This document shows, piece by piece, positions 31,009 to 41,042 of a DNA stretch of 64,000 bases. The first letter of the stretch is position 1. Each line of letters starts with the position of its first letter. Both the position numbers and the translations under genes were made by a program. The DNA comes from a virus (lineage: Duplodnaviria; Caudoviricetes), in the IMG/VR virus record IMGVR_UViG_3300029798_000001; one strand, given 5' to 3'. The notes beneath the pieces were generated by a model. The model searched no databases and was not told where the DNA came from. It worked only from the letters and a program-made list of their open reading frames with translations.

Positions 31009-32037
31009 ATGACTACAACTATTATTCCTCGCCTGGGATTTGCGTGTAAATGGATTGATAATTCCGCTCAGGTTAATGGCATTAAACCCAAAGACGATGC
31101 TAAACGATACAACACCGGCACAACTACAGTATCTTGGTTAAATAGACAGTCGAGAGAAATAGCGGAGCAGAAGTTATGGGATTTAATGGTACAAAATATA
31201 GAGTCAACAAGACTCTTGGTGGAGCGGGTCAGTGAACTCGACCCACATCTTCGCATGGTCCGTCTTAGCAGTGACATTCTTCCTTGCTATACCCACCCTG
31301 ATTACTCTGGCTACTGGATGGATGCTGGTGTTGTTTCATACGCGGCCAAGGCGTTTGAACGAGTTGGTGCTCATGCTCGTTTACACGGTGTTAGGTTGTC
31401 TTTTCATCCTGGTCAGTTTACTGTGCTTGCGAGCAGTAATCCTGGAATAGTAGATCGATCAATAGAGGAGTTTGAATATCATGCGAATATGGCGGAGTGG
31501 ATGGGTTACGGACAAACCTTTCAGGACCTCAAAATTAATGTCCACATCGCAGGTAGAGAAGGTCCAGCCGGTATCCGCAGTGCGTACGGAAGATTATCCC
31601 CCGTCGCCCGCAGTTGTCTTACAATTGAAAACGAAGAAAACGCTTGGGGGTTAAATGATTGTCTTACCATTTCTGATATTGTTCCTATTGTGCTCGATAT
31701 CCACCATAATTGGATCCGCGAAGGAGAATATATCCAACCCGGGGATGACCGTGTTAGAAGAGTTATTGATAGTTGGCGGGGTGTTCGTCCTACTATGCAT
31801 TATAGTGTCAGCAGGGAAGATATACTTGTCGGACATGATCCCTCTGTCGCACCTGCACATGCGGCACTTTTGGTAGAAGGTTACAAGAAACAGAAACTAA
31901 GAGCACATTCCGACTTCTATTGGAATTGTGCAACCAACGAGTGGGCATTGACATTCTTGGATGACTTTGACATTATGGCAGAGAGTAAGGGCAAGAACCT
32001 TGCTAGCCGTGCTTTATATGAGCAATGGATCAGTTAA
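31009..32037 (+). CDS. uvsE: UV DNA damage endonuclease (UVDE)
   Basis: RLGFAC, MVRLSSDILP, RLSFHPGQF.VLAS, INVHIAG, TIENEE, VLDIHH, MHYS, AHSD, MAESKGKNLA. Confidence 0.92.
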   Translation: MTTTIIPRLGFACKWIDNSAQVNGIKPKDDAKRYNTGTTTVSWLNRQSREIAEQKLWDLMVQNIESTRLLVERVSELDPHLRMVRLSSDILPCYTHPDYSGYWMDAGVVSYAAKAFERVGAHARLHGVRLSFHPGQFTVLASSNPGIVDRSIEEFEYHANMAEWMGYGQTFQDLKINVHIAGREGPAGIRSAYGRLSPVARSCLTIENEENAWGLNDCLTISDIVPIVLDIHHNWIREGEYIQPGDDRVRRVIDSWRGVRPTMHYSVSREDILVGHDPSVAPAHAALLVEGYKKQKLRAHSDFYWNCATNEWALTFLDDFDIMAESKGKNLASRALYEQWIS

Positions 32038-32258
32038 AACTTTGGCCGCCGCCTGATTGGACTGAATGTGTGGTCAGTTGGGATTGGTTGCTAGGTGATG
32101 ATCGCCCACATGTAAATGAAATATACAGTTGGTGCAATCAACATAGTAGTCCTAGCAGATATCATGTGCATGGATGGCATCAGACTGAAGGATTTGCATT
32201 TAAATTTGAAGACCCTCGAGATGCTGTCATGTTTAAATTAACTTGGGAATGTATATAA
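32025..32258 (+). CDS. Small protein of the FxDxxDAxxFKL family
   Basis: Ends FKFEDPRDAVMFKLTW; paralogs at 55403, 56009 and 58187. Confidence 0.6.
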   Translation: MDQLKLWPPPDWTECVVSWDWLLGDDRPHVNEIYSWCNQHSSPSRYHVHGWHQTEGFAFKFEDPRDAVMFKLTWECI

Positions 32259-32560
32259 TGGATTTTATTTTTGAAACAGCCGGCAATGCTTGGTTGTATA
32301 TTAAGAAGGACTATACAGAAAATCGCATTCGATTTTTTGTCGAGTTGTTTAGCTGGGCATGTAGTGTAGTAAGTGCTGTAATCTTTGCGGCCACCGTGCC
32401 TACCGTACCGGTAATTCCGCTTTATACTATTTTTATTAGTGGGTGCTGTGCAGCCGCATGGACCTGCTGGACCCGTGGTAGTTTTGGATTGTTGGCCAAC
32501 TATGTCTTTTTAATTACTATAGACTGCATTGGCCTTATCCGGATGATGCTAAATCATTAA
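32258..32560 (+). CDS. Small 3-TM membrane protein
   Basis: Three hydrophobic segments; TAATG coupling. Confidence 0.6.
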   Translation: MDFIFETAGNAWLYIKKDYTENRIRFFVELFSWACSVVSAVIFAATVPTVPVIPLYTIFISGCCAAAWTCWTRGSFGLLANYVFLITIDCIGLIRMMLNH

Positions 32561-32748
32561 TCTGGCTTTGGGCCTCGTGGCTTACGGGCAGTTTTAGCCT
32601 TAACGGCTGGTTTCTTTTCTGCCTTGGGTTTAGCAGTAGTGGCCTTGGGAACTACTACCTTTTTAACTGCCGGTGCTTCAACTTTGTACGGTGCAGGTGT
32701 TACTTCTGGTTCTGCCGCCCCAAAAATCTTCTTTAAAAATGATAGCAT
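32557..32748 (-). CDS. Lys/Ala/Pro-rich histone-like small protein
   Basis: AGGAG RBS; TAAATA on the minus strand at 32768-32773; KPKAEKKPAVKAKTARKPR. Confidence 0.65.
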   Translation of the reverse strand: MLSFLKKIFGAAEPEVTPAPYKVEAPAVKKVVVPKATTAKPKAEKKPAVKAKTARKPRGPKPD

Positions 32749-32875
32749 GATAAATCTCCTTGTATAATATTTAGTGTTTTTGCTTGTCATTAAACTTTAA
32801 TATTAATGTGGCAATGCAATGATAAATATCATGGTAAACACTTAGATGGTTATATCACAAAAGGAGACACCAAAA

Positions 32876-33016
32876 ATGTCAAAATTATTACAACAATTTA
32901 CCAAATTGTTTTCAGCCCAGCAATCTAGACTAGAAGCATTTATGAACGCCAAAGCACCAAAATCACATGCTGATGCAGAATATTGGCAAAAGTATTTTGA
33001 ATACAGGGGTATGTAA
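32876..33016 (+). CDS. Small protein, DUF3563-like
   Basis: Not in the ORF track (46 aa); ATAAATA at 32822-32828, AAGGAG RBS; RLEAFMNAKAPKSHADAEYWQK. Confidence 0.6.
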   Translation: MSKLLQQFTKLFSAQQSRLEAFMNAKAPKSHADAEYWQKYFEYRGM

Positions 33017-33017
33017 C

Positions 33018-33107
33018 ATGTGCCGATATCTTAAAATATTCTGGGAAGCATTTTGCGAAGCTCGTATCGAAGCTGCCAAGGCTCGAGTGCATTACCATAG
33101 CTATTAA
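33018..33107 (+). CDS. 29-aa peptide
   Basis: TAACATG junctions on both sides; MCRYLKIFWEAFCEARIEAAKARVHYHSY. Confidence 0.5.
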   Translation: MCRYLKIFWEAFCEARIEAAKARVHYHSY

Positions 33108-33108
33108 C

Positions 33109-33666
33109 ATGCTAGCCACACGCTTTTTGCCCATCCAAGATTTTGCTCTCTACGGAAATTGGCTCCGCGAGCAATCTAGCGATACGCTGGCCACCTATTT
33201 TGGTGTTGCTACTGGCCCTGCGTTTATTGATAATTTAATAGAACGCATACTCAGCAATCCCAAAGAACACCATTTTTTAGTGGCTACATATGGTACTCAG
33301 TGGGTAGGAGTTATTCATATGGCCCGAATATCCAAACAAGATATGGAGTTTGGTATCATGGTAGCAGAAGACTCTCGTCATCAAGGTATCGCAGATCAGT
33401 TGCTAGATGAAGCAATTAATTGGATACGCAATCGCGGGTTTAATACACTGTATCTACACTGTTTAAACCGCAACTCTGCTATGAAACACTTAGCTACAAA
33501 GCACGGATTAGAAGTACACGAAGATCACGGCGATGCAGAAGTGGTTACTCGTGTACCACCCCCGAGTGTGCTTACCTATGCTCAAGAAGCATTTACAGCC
33601 AATAAAAATATTTTCTTTATGAATCTACAGCATGCATGGCGCCCGTTTGGCGAAATGCTTGGCTGA
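33109..33666 (+). CDS. GNAT family N-acetyltransferase
   Basis: EFGIMVAEDSRHQGIADQLL (Q/RxxGxA), CLNRNSAMKHLATKHG. Confidence 0.88.
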   Translation: MLATRFLPIQDFALYGNWLREQSSDTLATYFGVATGPAFIDNLIERILSNPKEHHFLVATYGTQWVGVIHMARISKQDMEFGIMVAEDSRHQGIADQLLDEAINWIRNRGFNTLYLHCLNRNSAMKHLATKHGLEVHEDHGDAEVVTRVPPPSVLTYAQEAFTANKNIFFMNLQHAWRPFGEMLG

Positions 33667-33710
33667 TATGGTCAATTTTGCCAAAATCCATTATATTAAT
33701 ATATTTTATG

Positions 33711-33810
33711 TTGCATCGCAAGGTAAATAAGTGTACAATAGAAACATGTTCACTGCAGGTGCCGATAGTCGGGCCTGTAAAGCATAAATTGTCCAAAAAG
33801 GAGATTTACC
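33711..33810 (+). promoter_or_regulatory. Dual promoter (TTGCAT-N17-TACAAT with TAAATA in the spacer) plus copy 3 of the conserved hairpin leader
   Basis: -35 at 33711-33716, TAAATA at 33724-33729, -10 at 33734-33739, hairpin at 33754-33779, AAGGAG RBS. Confidence 0.7.
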
Positions 33811-34062
33811 ATGACAACATTTAATTTTGACACATTCAAAGAAGCATTAAACCCAGCTAAGTTTATTGACCAAGCTGAAAAGAACACACAGGCTATTTTG
33901 GCCTATGTAGAACCAAAAGAACTCAGCAAGACTTTGGTTACATTGACATCCGATGTTAGTGATTTTATTCGCTCACAAGTAGAAGCATTTAACTCTATTA
34001 CAGCTATTGCTAAAACACAAGCTGAATCATTTACAAATCAGTTTGCTAAATTAGCCAAGTAA
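33811..34062 (+). CDS. Phasin-like amphipathic helical protein
   Basis: 83 aa, all-helical amphipathic A/T/K/E/Q pattern, no Cys or Trp; resembles PHA granule proteins by composition only. Confidence 0.45.
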   Translation: MTTFNFDTFKEALNPAKFIDQAEKNTQAILAYVEPKELSKTLVTLTSDVSDFIRSQVEAFNSITAIAKTQAESFTNQFAKLAK

Positions 34063-34115
34063 TAGTAACATATCCTGTATGCCTCTCTAAAGAAGCACAC
34101 TTTATAGGATCTTTT

Positions 34116-34140
34116 AAGCCCAGGTAACTGGGCTTTCTCT
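34116..34140 (+). terminator. Probable intrinsic terminator
   Basis: AAGCCCAG-GTAA-CTGGGCTT followed by a T-rich tract. Confidence 0.65.
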
Positions 34141-34195
34141 TGGGTTAGTTTTCTGGCGATTTTTCACTAAATACTCAGTCCGATCGGAGAGTAAA

Positions 34196-34924
34196 ATGCG
34201 TGAAAGTTTTAACTGGAGTTCACTAACTCGCAATAATCTGCATAGTATATTATATGGTGCAGGGCGCGATATTATTGGCCGAAAATTACCAGTAAAACAG
34301 TTGCAACAACAGTTAAGCTCGCATATCAAGTCTTACTTACCAGTTCGAGTAGTTCGCATTCAACGAGATCGCAAACATAATCCTAAATTAGTCTACATGG
34401 GTGGCACATACTACAGCACTCTTGACCAAGTAGGATACCCTCGTTTTATAGAAATAGTATTGAGTTATCATCCCGACACCAAAGAAATTCGAATGACCGA
34501 TTATCGTTGGAATAGGCTCTGCACATTGTTTGCCGATACTATCTTACACGAAATGATCCATATGCGACAATATCGTAGTAGAAATTTTAAAGACCTACCA
34601 GGATACGAAAGTACCGCCCACTACCATCGACAACGTATAGACCAAGAATACTACGGGCATAGAGATGAAATGGGTGCATTTAGTTTTAACATTGCCTGCG
34701 ATATGTTAGACCGATTTGGCTACGATCCTGCAGAAATAAAAAGTTATATGGACAGCATGCGGGCCAAACGCCACAAGAGTTCTAGCTATTGCAAATTTTT
34801 AACTGCGTTTGATTGGGATCACGATCACCGTAAAGTGCGTCAGATGAAACAGAAGATTATGAAACAGTTAGAATATGCTGCTATTGGGCGTCCGTTTAAA
34901 ACAACTACACATTTGACTTACTAA
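34196..34924 (+). CDS. HExxH zinc metallopeptidase-like protein
   Basis: TILHEMIHMRQY and YYGHRDEMGAF; TAAATA at 34168-34173. Confidence 0.7.
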   Translation: MRESFNWSSLTRNNLHSILYGAGRDIIGRKLPVKQLQQQLSSHIKSYLPVRVVRIQRDRKHNPKLVYMGGTYYSTLDQVGYPRFIEIVLSYHPDTKEIRMTDYRWNRLCTLFADTILHEMIHMRQYRSRNFKDLPGYESTAHYHRQRIDQEYYGHRDEMGAFSFNIACDMLDRFGYDPAEIKSYMDSMRAKRHKSSSYCKFLTAFDWDHDHRKVRQMKQKIMKQLEYAAIGRPFKTTTHLTY

Positions 34925-36516
34925 CGCTGGCGCTTGCGTCCCAGTGCTTTATCACTACCTAACTTTTCATCTCCACCTGCTTTGATATCTGTTCTTTGTT
35001 GAGTTACAGCATCTAAATCAGCGGTAGAGTCTTTTGCTGACACTTTAGGTTCATCTGCTTGATTATCTATAGGGTCTAAATCTGATTTTTGAGCACCATT
35101 TTTTAAAATCTCAAATGTAAAATTACCTTTGTCCTGTGTGCTCATATATGCTTTGGACGCATCCAACAACACACCGGTAACTGTTTCGCTAGGATATACA
35201 GCACGGAAACCGGTGATACTAATGGTATCCGCTGTCTCGGTAGCTTCGGTATACATCTGCACTAAGGCTGAGTGATTTAAAATTTCTGAGGCAGCTTGCC
35301 CAAAATTGGTATGCTCGTTCACATAGTCCGCAACCCGGTAAGCTACTACACTGAGCATGTGCTCTAATGGAATAACTCGTTCCCAATTTCTAGGGGTACG
35401 GCTCATATACATCTGTTCTAGTTTTTTATTTTTACCCCAATTGAGTTTATCCTTGGGACCAAACTGCTTGAGTTGCTCAATGGTCGAAACATCGCCCTGG
35501 TTAATGATACCATATTGCACTCCTAACCCTAATGCGCCGTTTACATGTCCGCCATTTTTGATAGTTTGTAACATCTCAACTACTATTTTGTGCTTTTCTA
35601 ACAGCTTCTTACCCTTAGGAGCAACCTGCAGGTCTTGAATACTTTTTAGCAAGTTGACTACTGACGCATTAGCACCACTCTTGCCCTTGCTACTCAATTT
35701 GATTTGTTTACCATCTGGACTGATCAACAGGCTATCATATAGTCCTGTATTTTTTGAGTTGTTGAAGCTGATAGTGGCATCGCTGTATCCTTGTCCTGGA
35801 CCAAAGAAAATGGTGGCCGCTTCGCCAGCATTGCCCTTGATCGGTTTGCCCATAACCAACGCCACTGGTTGTAGCATTTCGCAAAAATAATCACGAAATG
35901 CTGTAAAGTTAATTGTGCCTTTAGGGAATGTAACAGGGAATTTGGCGGCCTGCATAAAGGTAGCAGTGGCCACAACCATATCACTGCCTTCGCCAAATTT
36001 GGCTACTATCTGGTTCATAATGGTTTCTGGAGTGTTGTCTTGAAATTGTGTTAATACATCTGTTGGTGTATATCCAGCATTTTCTTTGGCACCTGCTTTG
36101 CTAGCAAATTTGAATCCACCTGGAATTTTATCATGTGGAAAATCATTCAATGCTCTATTAGGGTTGATGTTCTTAAACCAGCGACCCAAATAATAATCTT
36201 TGTCTGTAGCTTGATCCTTAAATGTAGCAATTCCGAATCCAGCATAACCACCGCCTTCGTCGGCCGGTTGTCTGCGGGCTGGGGGTTGATTGGTCCACAT
36301 GATTTGTTCAGGAGTAATGCCAAGACTTTTAGCCACTTTGGCCACAGCCGATTCGGCATCAGTAAGGTCTCTAAAACTGCCAGATTCCGGATAAAAATCC
36401 AAGTTTTGGAAAGCAATAGTATCACCATCTGGGTTTTTAAACAACTGTCCAGGTGTACGATTGGACAGGCCAACACCTTCGGTTATAACATCAAGTAGGT
36501 TTAGAATATCACGCAT
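34921..36516 (-). CDS. Late protein with PD-(D/E)XK-like nuclease motif
   Basis: GLYDSLLISPDGKQIKLSSKG; TAAATA 6 nt before ATG; basic C-terminal tail. Confidence 0.55.
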   Translation of the reverse strand: MRDILNLLDVITEGVGLSNRTPGQLFKNPDGDTIAFQNLDFYPESGSFRDLTDAESAVAKVAKSLGITPEQIMWTNQPPARRQPADEGGGYAGFGIATFKDQATDKDYYLGRWFKNINPNRALNDFPHDKIPGGFKFASKAGAKENAGYTPTDVLTQFQDNTPETIMNQIVAKFGEGSDMVVATATFMQAAKFPVTFPKGTINFTAFRDYFCEMLQPVALVMGKPIKGNAGEAATIFFGPGQGYSDATISFNNSKNTGLYDSLLISPDGKQIKLSSKGKSGANASVVNLLKSIQDLQVAPKGKKLLEKHKIVVEMLQTIKNGGHVNGALGLGVQYGIINQGDVSTIEQLKQFGPKDKLNWGKNKKLEQMYMSRTPRNWERVIPLEHMLSVVAYRVADYVNEHTNFGQAASEILNHSALVQMYTEATETADTISITGFRAVYPSETVTGVLLDASKAYMSTQDKGNFTFEILKNGAQKSDLDPIDNQADEPKVSAKDSTADLDAVTQQRTDIKAGGDEKLGSDKALGRKRQR

Positions 36517-36525
36517 ATCTAATAT

Positions 36526-37383
36526 TTAGCTTATTTTAGTTGCTGTATATCCACGATAAGTGCAATTATTCTTGCCTGTAGCCAGTATACTACCGTATCG
36601 TAATTTATGGAATTGACAGAATCTCTTTAAATCGTGTGTGCGAATCTCGATACTGACCCCATCTGGGTTGGTAAGTTTATATAAAACTTGTTGATTACTA
36701 TGCCCAGGTCGCCAGCCAGGCGGGCAAGTAAACAATAATACAGACTCAATTCCGTCAGTATACCACTTTTTGCCTTTGGCAGCCGCTGCGCCATTTTTCA
36801 TAGTTTGACTGATACGATTATTGACTTCTGTTGTAGCTATTGCTTTACCGGGTACCCAACCTAGCGGACATTCTTTAGCCATAGTATAGTTGGTTCCATC
36901 GGTGTACCACGAATAGCCTTTTATTTTGCTGACTTTGCCTTTACAATTTGGGAACGGGTTACATAGTCTTCCAGGAAAATAACCCTCTGGACATGTATGA
37001 GCGTGTTTTTCTGAATTACCATTATTAAACCATTTTTTGCCAGTGTTCTGTTTTTTAAGTTTTAATTTACCATTATCGTTAATCTTAAATCTTAATAATC
37101 CAGATCTAACAAAATGACGATTTAATAACAATGGATCTTTCCAATGCTCTCGAATGAGATTTTGTTCGTGATCGTATGCATCATCTGGGTTGAAAAATTC
37201 TGCTACAATCTCAGCATCGTATTCACCAAAATTTGATTCAGTAATATAAGTTGACGACGTAAAGTAATGTATTCCAAGATCATCAACGGACTGTAATTTT
37301 AATTCAATATTAGCAGATCTATACCCATAATAATATTCTTTAGTAAATTTATGGGTAAGTTTATAAACATACGCTAAGTACAT
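36526..37383 (-). mobile_element. Free-standing GIY-YIG (Seg-like) homing endonuclease with three NUMOD-like C-terminal repeats
   Basis: AYVYKLT..EYYYGYR, AYDHEQNLI; three W(F/Y)(N/T)(N/D)G...CP.G(W/Y).PG repeats; AT-rich. Confidence 0.75.
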
Positions 37384-37516
37384 GGCTGATAGTTCCTTTT
37401 CAACTGTTAGAGTAGTTGGGGTCTTAGACCACCCGCGAACTACAACTTTATTTATTCAGATTGTTTGTTATTTTATCAATTACCTGTTATAATAAACTTT
37501 TATAAAAGGAACTATA

Positions 37517-38110
37517 ATGTCTGGACTGATCCCGTTTGTTATTGAAAAATCTGGTAATTCAGAAAGATCATTTGATATTTTTTCTCGGTTATTAAAGGAT
37601 AGAATTATTTTTGTGAATGGCACAATCTCTACAGAAATGAGTCATGTTGTTGTGGCGCAATTATTATTCCTTGAATCAGAAGATCCCGATAAGGATATTT
37701 TTATGTATCTAAACTCTCCCGGCGGAGAAGTGACGGCTGGGATGGCGATCTACGATACCATGAACTTCATCAAACCCGATGTCTCAACAATAGTGCAAGG
37801 ACAATGTTGTAGTATGGGTAGTTGCCTAGCACAAGCAGGTGCCGCAGGTAAACGACTAATTCTGCCCACAGCCCGTACAATGATTCATCAACCGTCGGGT
37901 GGCGCACATGGGCAAGCAACAGATATTCAGATTCAAGCACAAGAAATACTTAAAATGAAGAAATACCTAACAGAGATTTATGTCAAGCATAACTCTGCTG
38001 GCAAAACATTTGAGCAGTTAAGTGCTGACATGGAACGAGATTTCTTTATGTCAGCAGAAGAAGCTGTAGCATACGGCCTGGCCGATAGGATTATTTCTAA
38101 GCGTGACTGA
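37517..38110 (+). CDS. clpP: ATP-dependent Clp protease proteolytic subunit
   Basis: [32 protein letters not shown] (Ser), MIHQPSGG (His), [12 protein letters not shown] (Asp); extended -10 TGTTATAAT at 37485-37493. Confidence 0.96.
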   Translation: MSGLIPFVIEKSGNSERSFDIFSRLLKDRIIFVNGTISTEMSHVVVAQLLFLESEDPDKDIFMYLNSPGGEVTAGMAIYDTMNFIKPDVSTIVQGQCCSMGSCLAQAGAAGKRLILPTARTMIHQPSGGAHGQATDIQIQAQEILKMKKYLTEIYVKHNSAGKTFEQLSADMERDFFMSAEEAVAYGLADRIISKRD

Positions 38111-39422
38111 TAAAAACATATTCTGTAATGCTCCTTGGTATGAATTACAAATTTATTGGGATGGTAGTTTAGGATTTTGCTGTCAAGAAGATCATAAATT
38201 ATATCCTGATAATCTAAGTAGGCATTACAACGTTAGTCAGATGACCATTGCAGAATGGTTTGATAGTGAACCTATGCGAGCAGCACGTCTAGGCATGCTA
38301 GGATCTAAGCCTAACAGTATTTGCCGCCGGTGCTATCATGAACAAGAGCATAACGGTACCAGCCGTAGGCACAAGTCCAATCAAAAAAGTGTTATCTTTA
38401 CTAAGACAGCATTTAATGAAAGTTATTTACAAAGCCCGGGCTATACAAAGTTTGAATCAAGCCGTACCAATCAAGGTGCATATGATGGCATGCCTATCGA
38501 CTTACATATCGACTTGGGTAATTACTGTAACCTTGCTTGTAAAATGTGCAGGCCGCAGGCCAGTAGTGTAATTGCTGCACAGGAAGTTAAATGGGGTAAC
38601 AAGGATGCTCTACAATACGTAGGCACCGATTGGACACGTGACGAAGCAGTGTGGTCACGTGTATTGAACGAATTAGCCAGTATTCCAAATCTTAATAACA
38701 TCCATTTTATGGGCGGCGAAACACTAATTACCAAGCGATTTGAAGATTTTGTTGACTACATGATTGCACGTGGGCGCACAGATTTACATTTTAGTTTTGT
38801 TACCAATGGCACTACATTTAATGAGTCCTTGCTCGACAAGCTCACGCAGTTTAAACGAGTTGGTATTGAGGTAAGCATAGAAACAACAACAGAACATAAT
38901 GCCTATCAACGTCAAGGAACCAATACTGAGCAGGTATTAAAGAACCTTGGTCGTTACCTTGAATATTGCAATGGCGATAATATAACACTAACAGCAAGAC
39001 CTGCAATCAGCGCATTGACTATTGGGTATTATCATACCTTGTTGCGGTATTGCATTGAACGTAAAATAATTGTTAAAAGTTTATGGGTTAGTAAGCCAGA
39101 TTTCTTAAATCCAAACATACTGCCTGCAACAATAAAACAAGAATATATTTTAAATTATAAAAAGTTAATTGCAGATTACAATTTAGAGTCAGCCGATCAC
39201 TTAGTTGACTATAACGAAAGTGATCCAAATGAAATTACCCGCATAATTGCAAGCCAGGCTGACCAATGCATCAATATGCTAACATCGCCAAGTCCTCCAG
39301 ACAGCAAAGAACAATTAAAGACTATGGTTGCACAATGTCGTCGTTGGGATGACATATATGGATACGATGCTCGCCGATTATATCCTGAATTTACTACAAT
39401 ATTAAATGATTATGGCTATTGA
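38103..39422 (+). CDS. Radical SAM protein with N-terminal SPASM/twitch-like domain
   Basis: CNLACKMC (CxxxCxxC), [14 protein letters not shown]; N-terminal [13 protein letters not shown]...CRRCY. Confidence 0.88.
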   Translation: MTDKNIFCNAPWYELQIYWDGSLGFCCQEDHKLYPDNLSRHYNVSQMTIAEWFDSEPMRAARLGMLGSKPNSICRRCYHEQEHNGTSRRHKSNQKSVIFTKTAFNESYLQSPGYTKFESSRTNQGAYDGMPIDLHIDLGNYCNLACKMCRPQASSVIAAQEVKWGNKDALQYVGTDWTRDEAVWSRVLNELASIPNLNNIHFMGGETLITKRFEDFVDYMIARGRTDLHFSFVTNGTTFNESLLDKLTQFKRVGIEVSIETTTEHNAYQRQGTNTEQVLKNLGRYLEYCNGDNITLTARPAISALTIGYYHTLLRYCIERKIIVKSLWVSKPDFLNPNILPATIKQEYILNYKKLIADYNLESADHLVDYNESDPNEITRIIASQADQCINMLTSPSPPDSKEQLKTMVAQCRRWDDIYGYDARRLYPEFTTILNDYGY

Positions 39423-39873
39423 TTATCCGGTTAAAATAGATATTCATTTACGGCCTATATGGCATGATAATCCTCCAGAGATTAATATTGGGATTAACGA
39501 TAATATTCAACGGATAATATTACGAGATAATCAAATATTTCATTATGAGTTTACAGCCAATAATTGTTCAACATTATGTGTTGAATTATTAAACAAAACC
39601 GATGCAGATACTCGTCCTGATCAAGGATTAGATAAGGCAGTTATAATAGAATCTGTTAGTTTCTTTGATATTAAAGATAATCGTTTTATTTGGTTAGGCG
39701 AATATTGCCCAGAATATCCAGAACCCTGGTACAGCGAGCAAACACCCAAGCCAGACCCGTTGTTAAAAAACCACACTTATTTGTCCTGGAATGGTAAGTG
39801 GACACTGACCTTCGATGTGCCCGTTTTTACCTGGATTCACAGGGTGCAAAACCTGGGCTGGATTTACGGTTGA
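39412..39873 (+). CDS. Hypothetical partner of the radical SAM protein
   Basis: Overlapping start; ends LSWNGKWTLTFDVPVFTWIH. Confidence 0.6.
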   Translation: MAIDYPVKIDIHLRPIWHDNPPEINIGINDNIQRIILRDNQIFHYEFTANNCSTLCVELLNKTDADTRPDQGLDKAVIIESVSFFDIKDNRFIWLGEYCPEYPEPWYSEQTPKPDPLLKNHTYLSWNGKWTLTFDVPVFTWIHRVQNLGWIYG

Positions 39874-39898
39874 CCAAAAATAGCCGATTTGCTATAAT
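39870..39898 (+). promoter_or_regulatory. Sigma70-type early promoter
   Basis: TTGACC-AAAAATAGCCGATTTGC-TATAAT. Confidence 0.85.
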
Positions 39899-39927
39899 AG
39901 TTGTATAGTGAATAAAGAGGAGTATAA

Positions 39928-41019
39928 ATGAAAGACGCAATTATATACGCAGGTTACAGTCGTTTGGCAGATGGCACTATGAAGTTTCGTACTGCTACTA
40001 GTGAAGTTCGTGTTAACCAGTTGGTGGCGTTTGGCGAAGAAGTACACATGATTCTTATCAAAGATGTTTACACCAAGTCTGCGGCGGCCAAAGAATTGCT
40101 CCGCATCAATCATGCAAACGGCGCCAAAGAACTTGAGGCATTTTATGTCGCCCAAGTTCGCGACGAAAACTCTTTCCGTGTAGTTAAACTCAAAGTTCCT
40201 TCTGTGGCCATGCAACAATTAACGGGCGCCAAGATTGAAGAAGAGCCATTGACTGCTAAAGAAGCCCGCAAAATCCGTGCCGAATTTAATCGCAAGGTTA
40301 AAGCGGCCTATGAAGCCAACTAAGGAGTAAGTTATGTCACAAGTAATTAGTACCTGGACCGAATACAAAGACAGCGTTCGCACCATGCCGTTCAAAGAAG
40401 TAGAAGGTCTTTTTGATTCCTACATGAACTGCCCAAGTCGTGGCGTCAAGGACGACATCATCATGAACATTCTTGAAGCTGAAATTGAACGCCGGATTGC
40501 CAATTGGGAGGTTGCTTATGTCTAAATTCCGTGTATATTGTAGCGAAACAGTCAGCTACATGGTTGAGGTAGAAGCCGAGTCGGCAGAAGCCGCCGAAGA
40601 GTTAGTAGCCAGTGGTGAAGTAGATCTTGGCGAGCCCTACGACTGCGCCAACTTTGAAATTGATGAAGTGTTACCTTTGGAGACCGTATAATGCAAGTAG
40701 GAGATCAAGTTCGGGTAGTAGGACAAGACACCACAGGTTCCGTTGTGGAAATGTCTGGTAATAAGGCGGTTATCGACGATGACGCTGCCGAAACCGATGA
40801 CTGTCGTTTAGAATTTCATATCAGTGACCTGGAGACCGTATAATGACAAATCCTATTCCGTTAAATGGTATGTTTGTTACCCCAAATAGTCTTGCTGATC
40901 TGGTCGAAATGATTGACCAAATTGGCACGCCAGAAGAACAGCGTATGGCATGGCTAGGTGCAAGTATGGCCCTAAATCTAGCTCATATGCTACACGAAAA
41001 ATCTTTAATGACGGTGTAA
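39928..41019 (+). CDS. Early array of five small ORFs: 39928-40323, 40334-40525, 40518-40691, 40691-40843, 40843-41019
   Basis: GGAG RBSs and TAATG couplings; the last two are not in the ORF track (50 and 58 aa). Confidence 0.65.
40678..40845 (+). repeat. Perfect 16-bp direct repeat TGGAGACCGTATAATG at 40678-40693 and 40830-40845
   Basis: Read directly from the sequence; flanks the 50-aa ORF. Confidence 0.9.
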
Positions 41020-41042
41020 TGCAAGTGTAATAATATACATAC

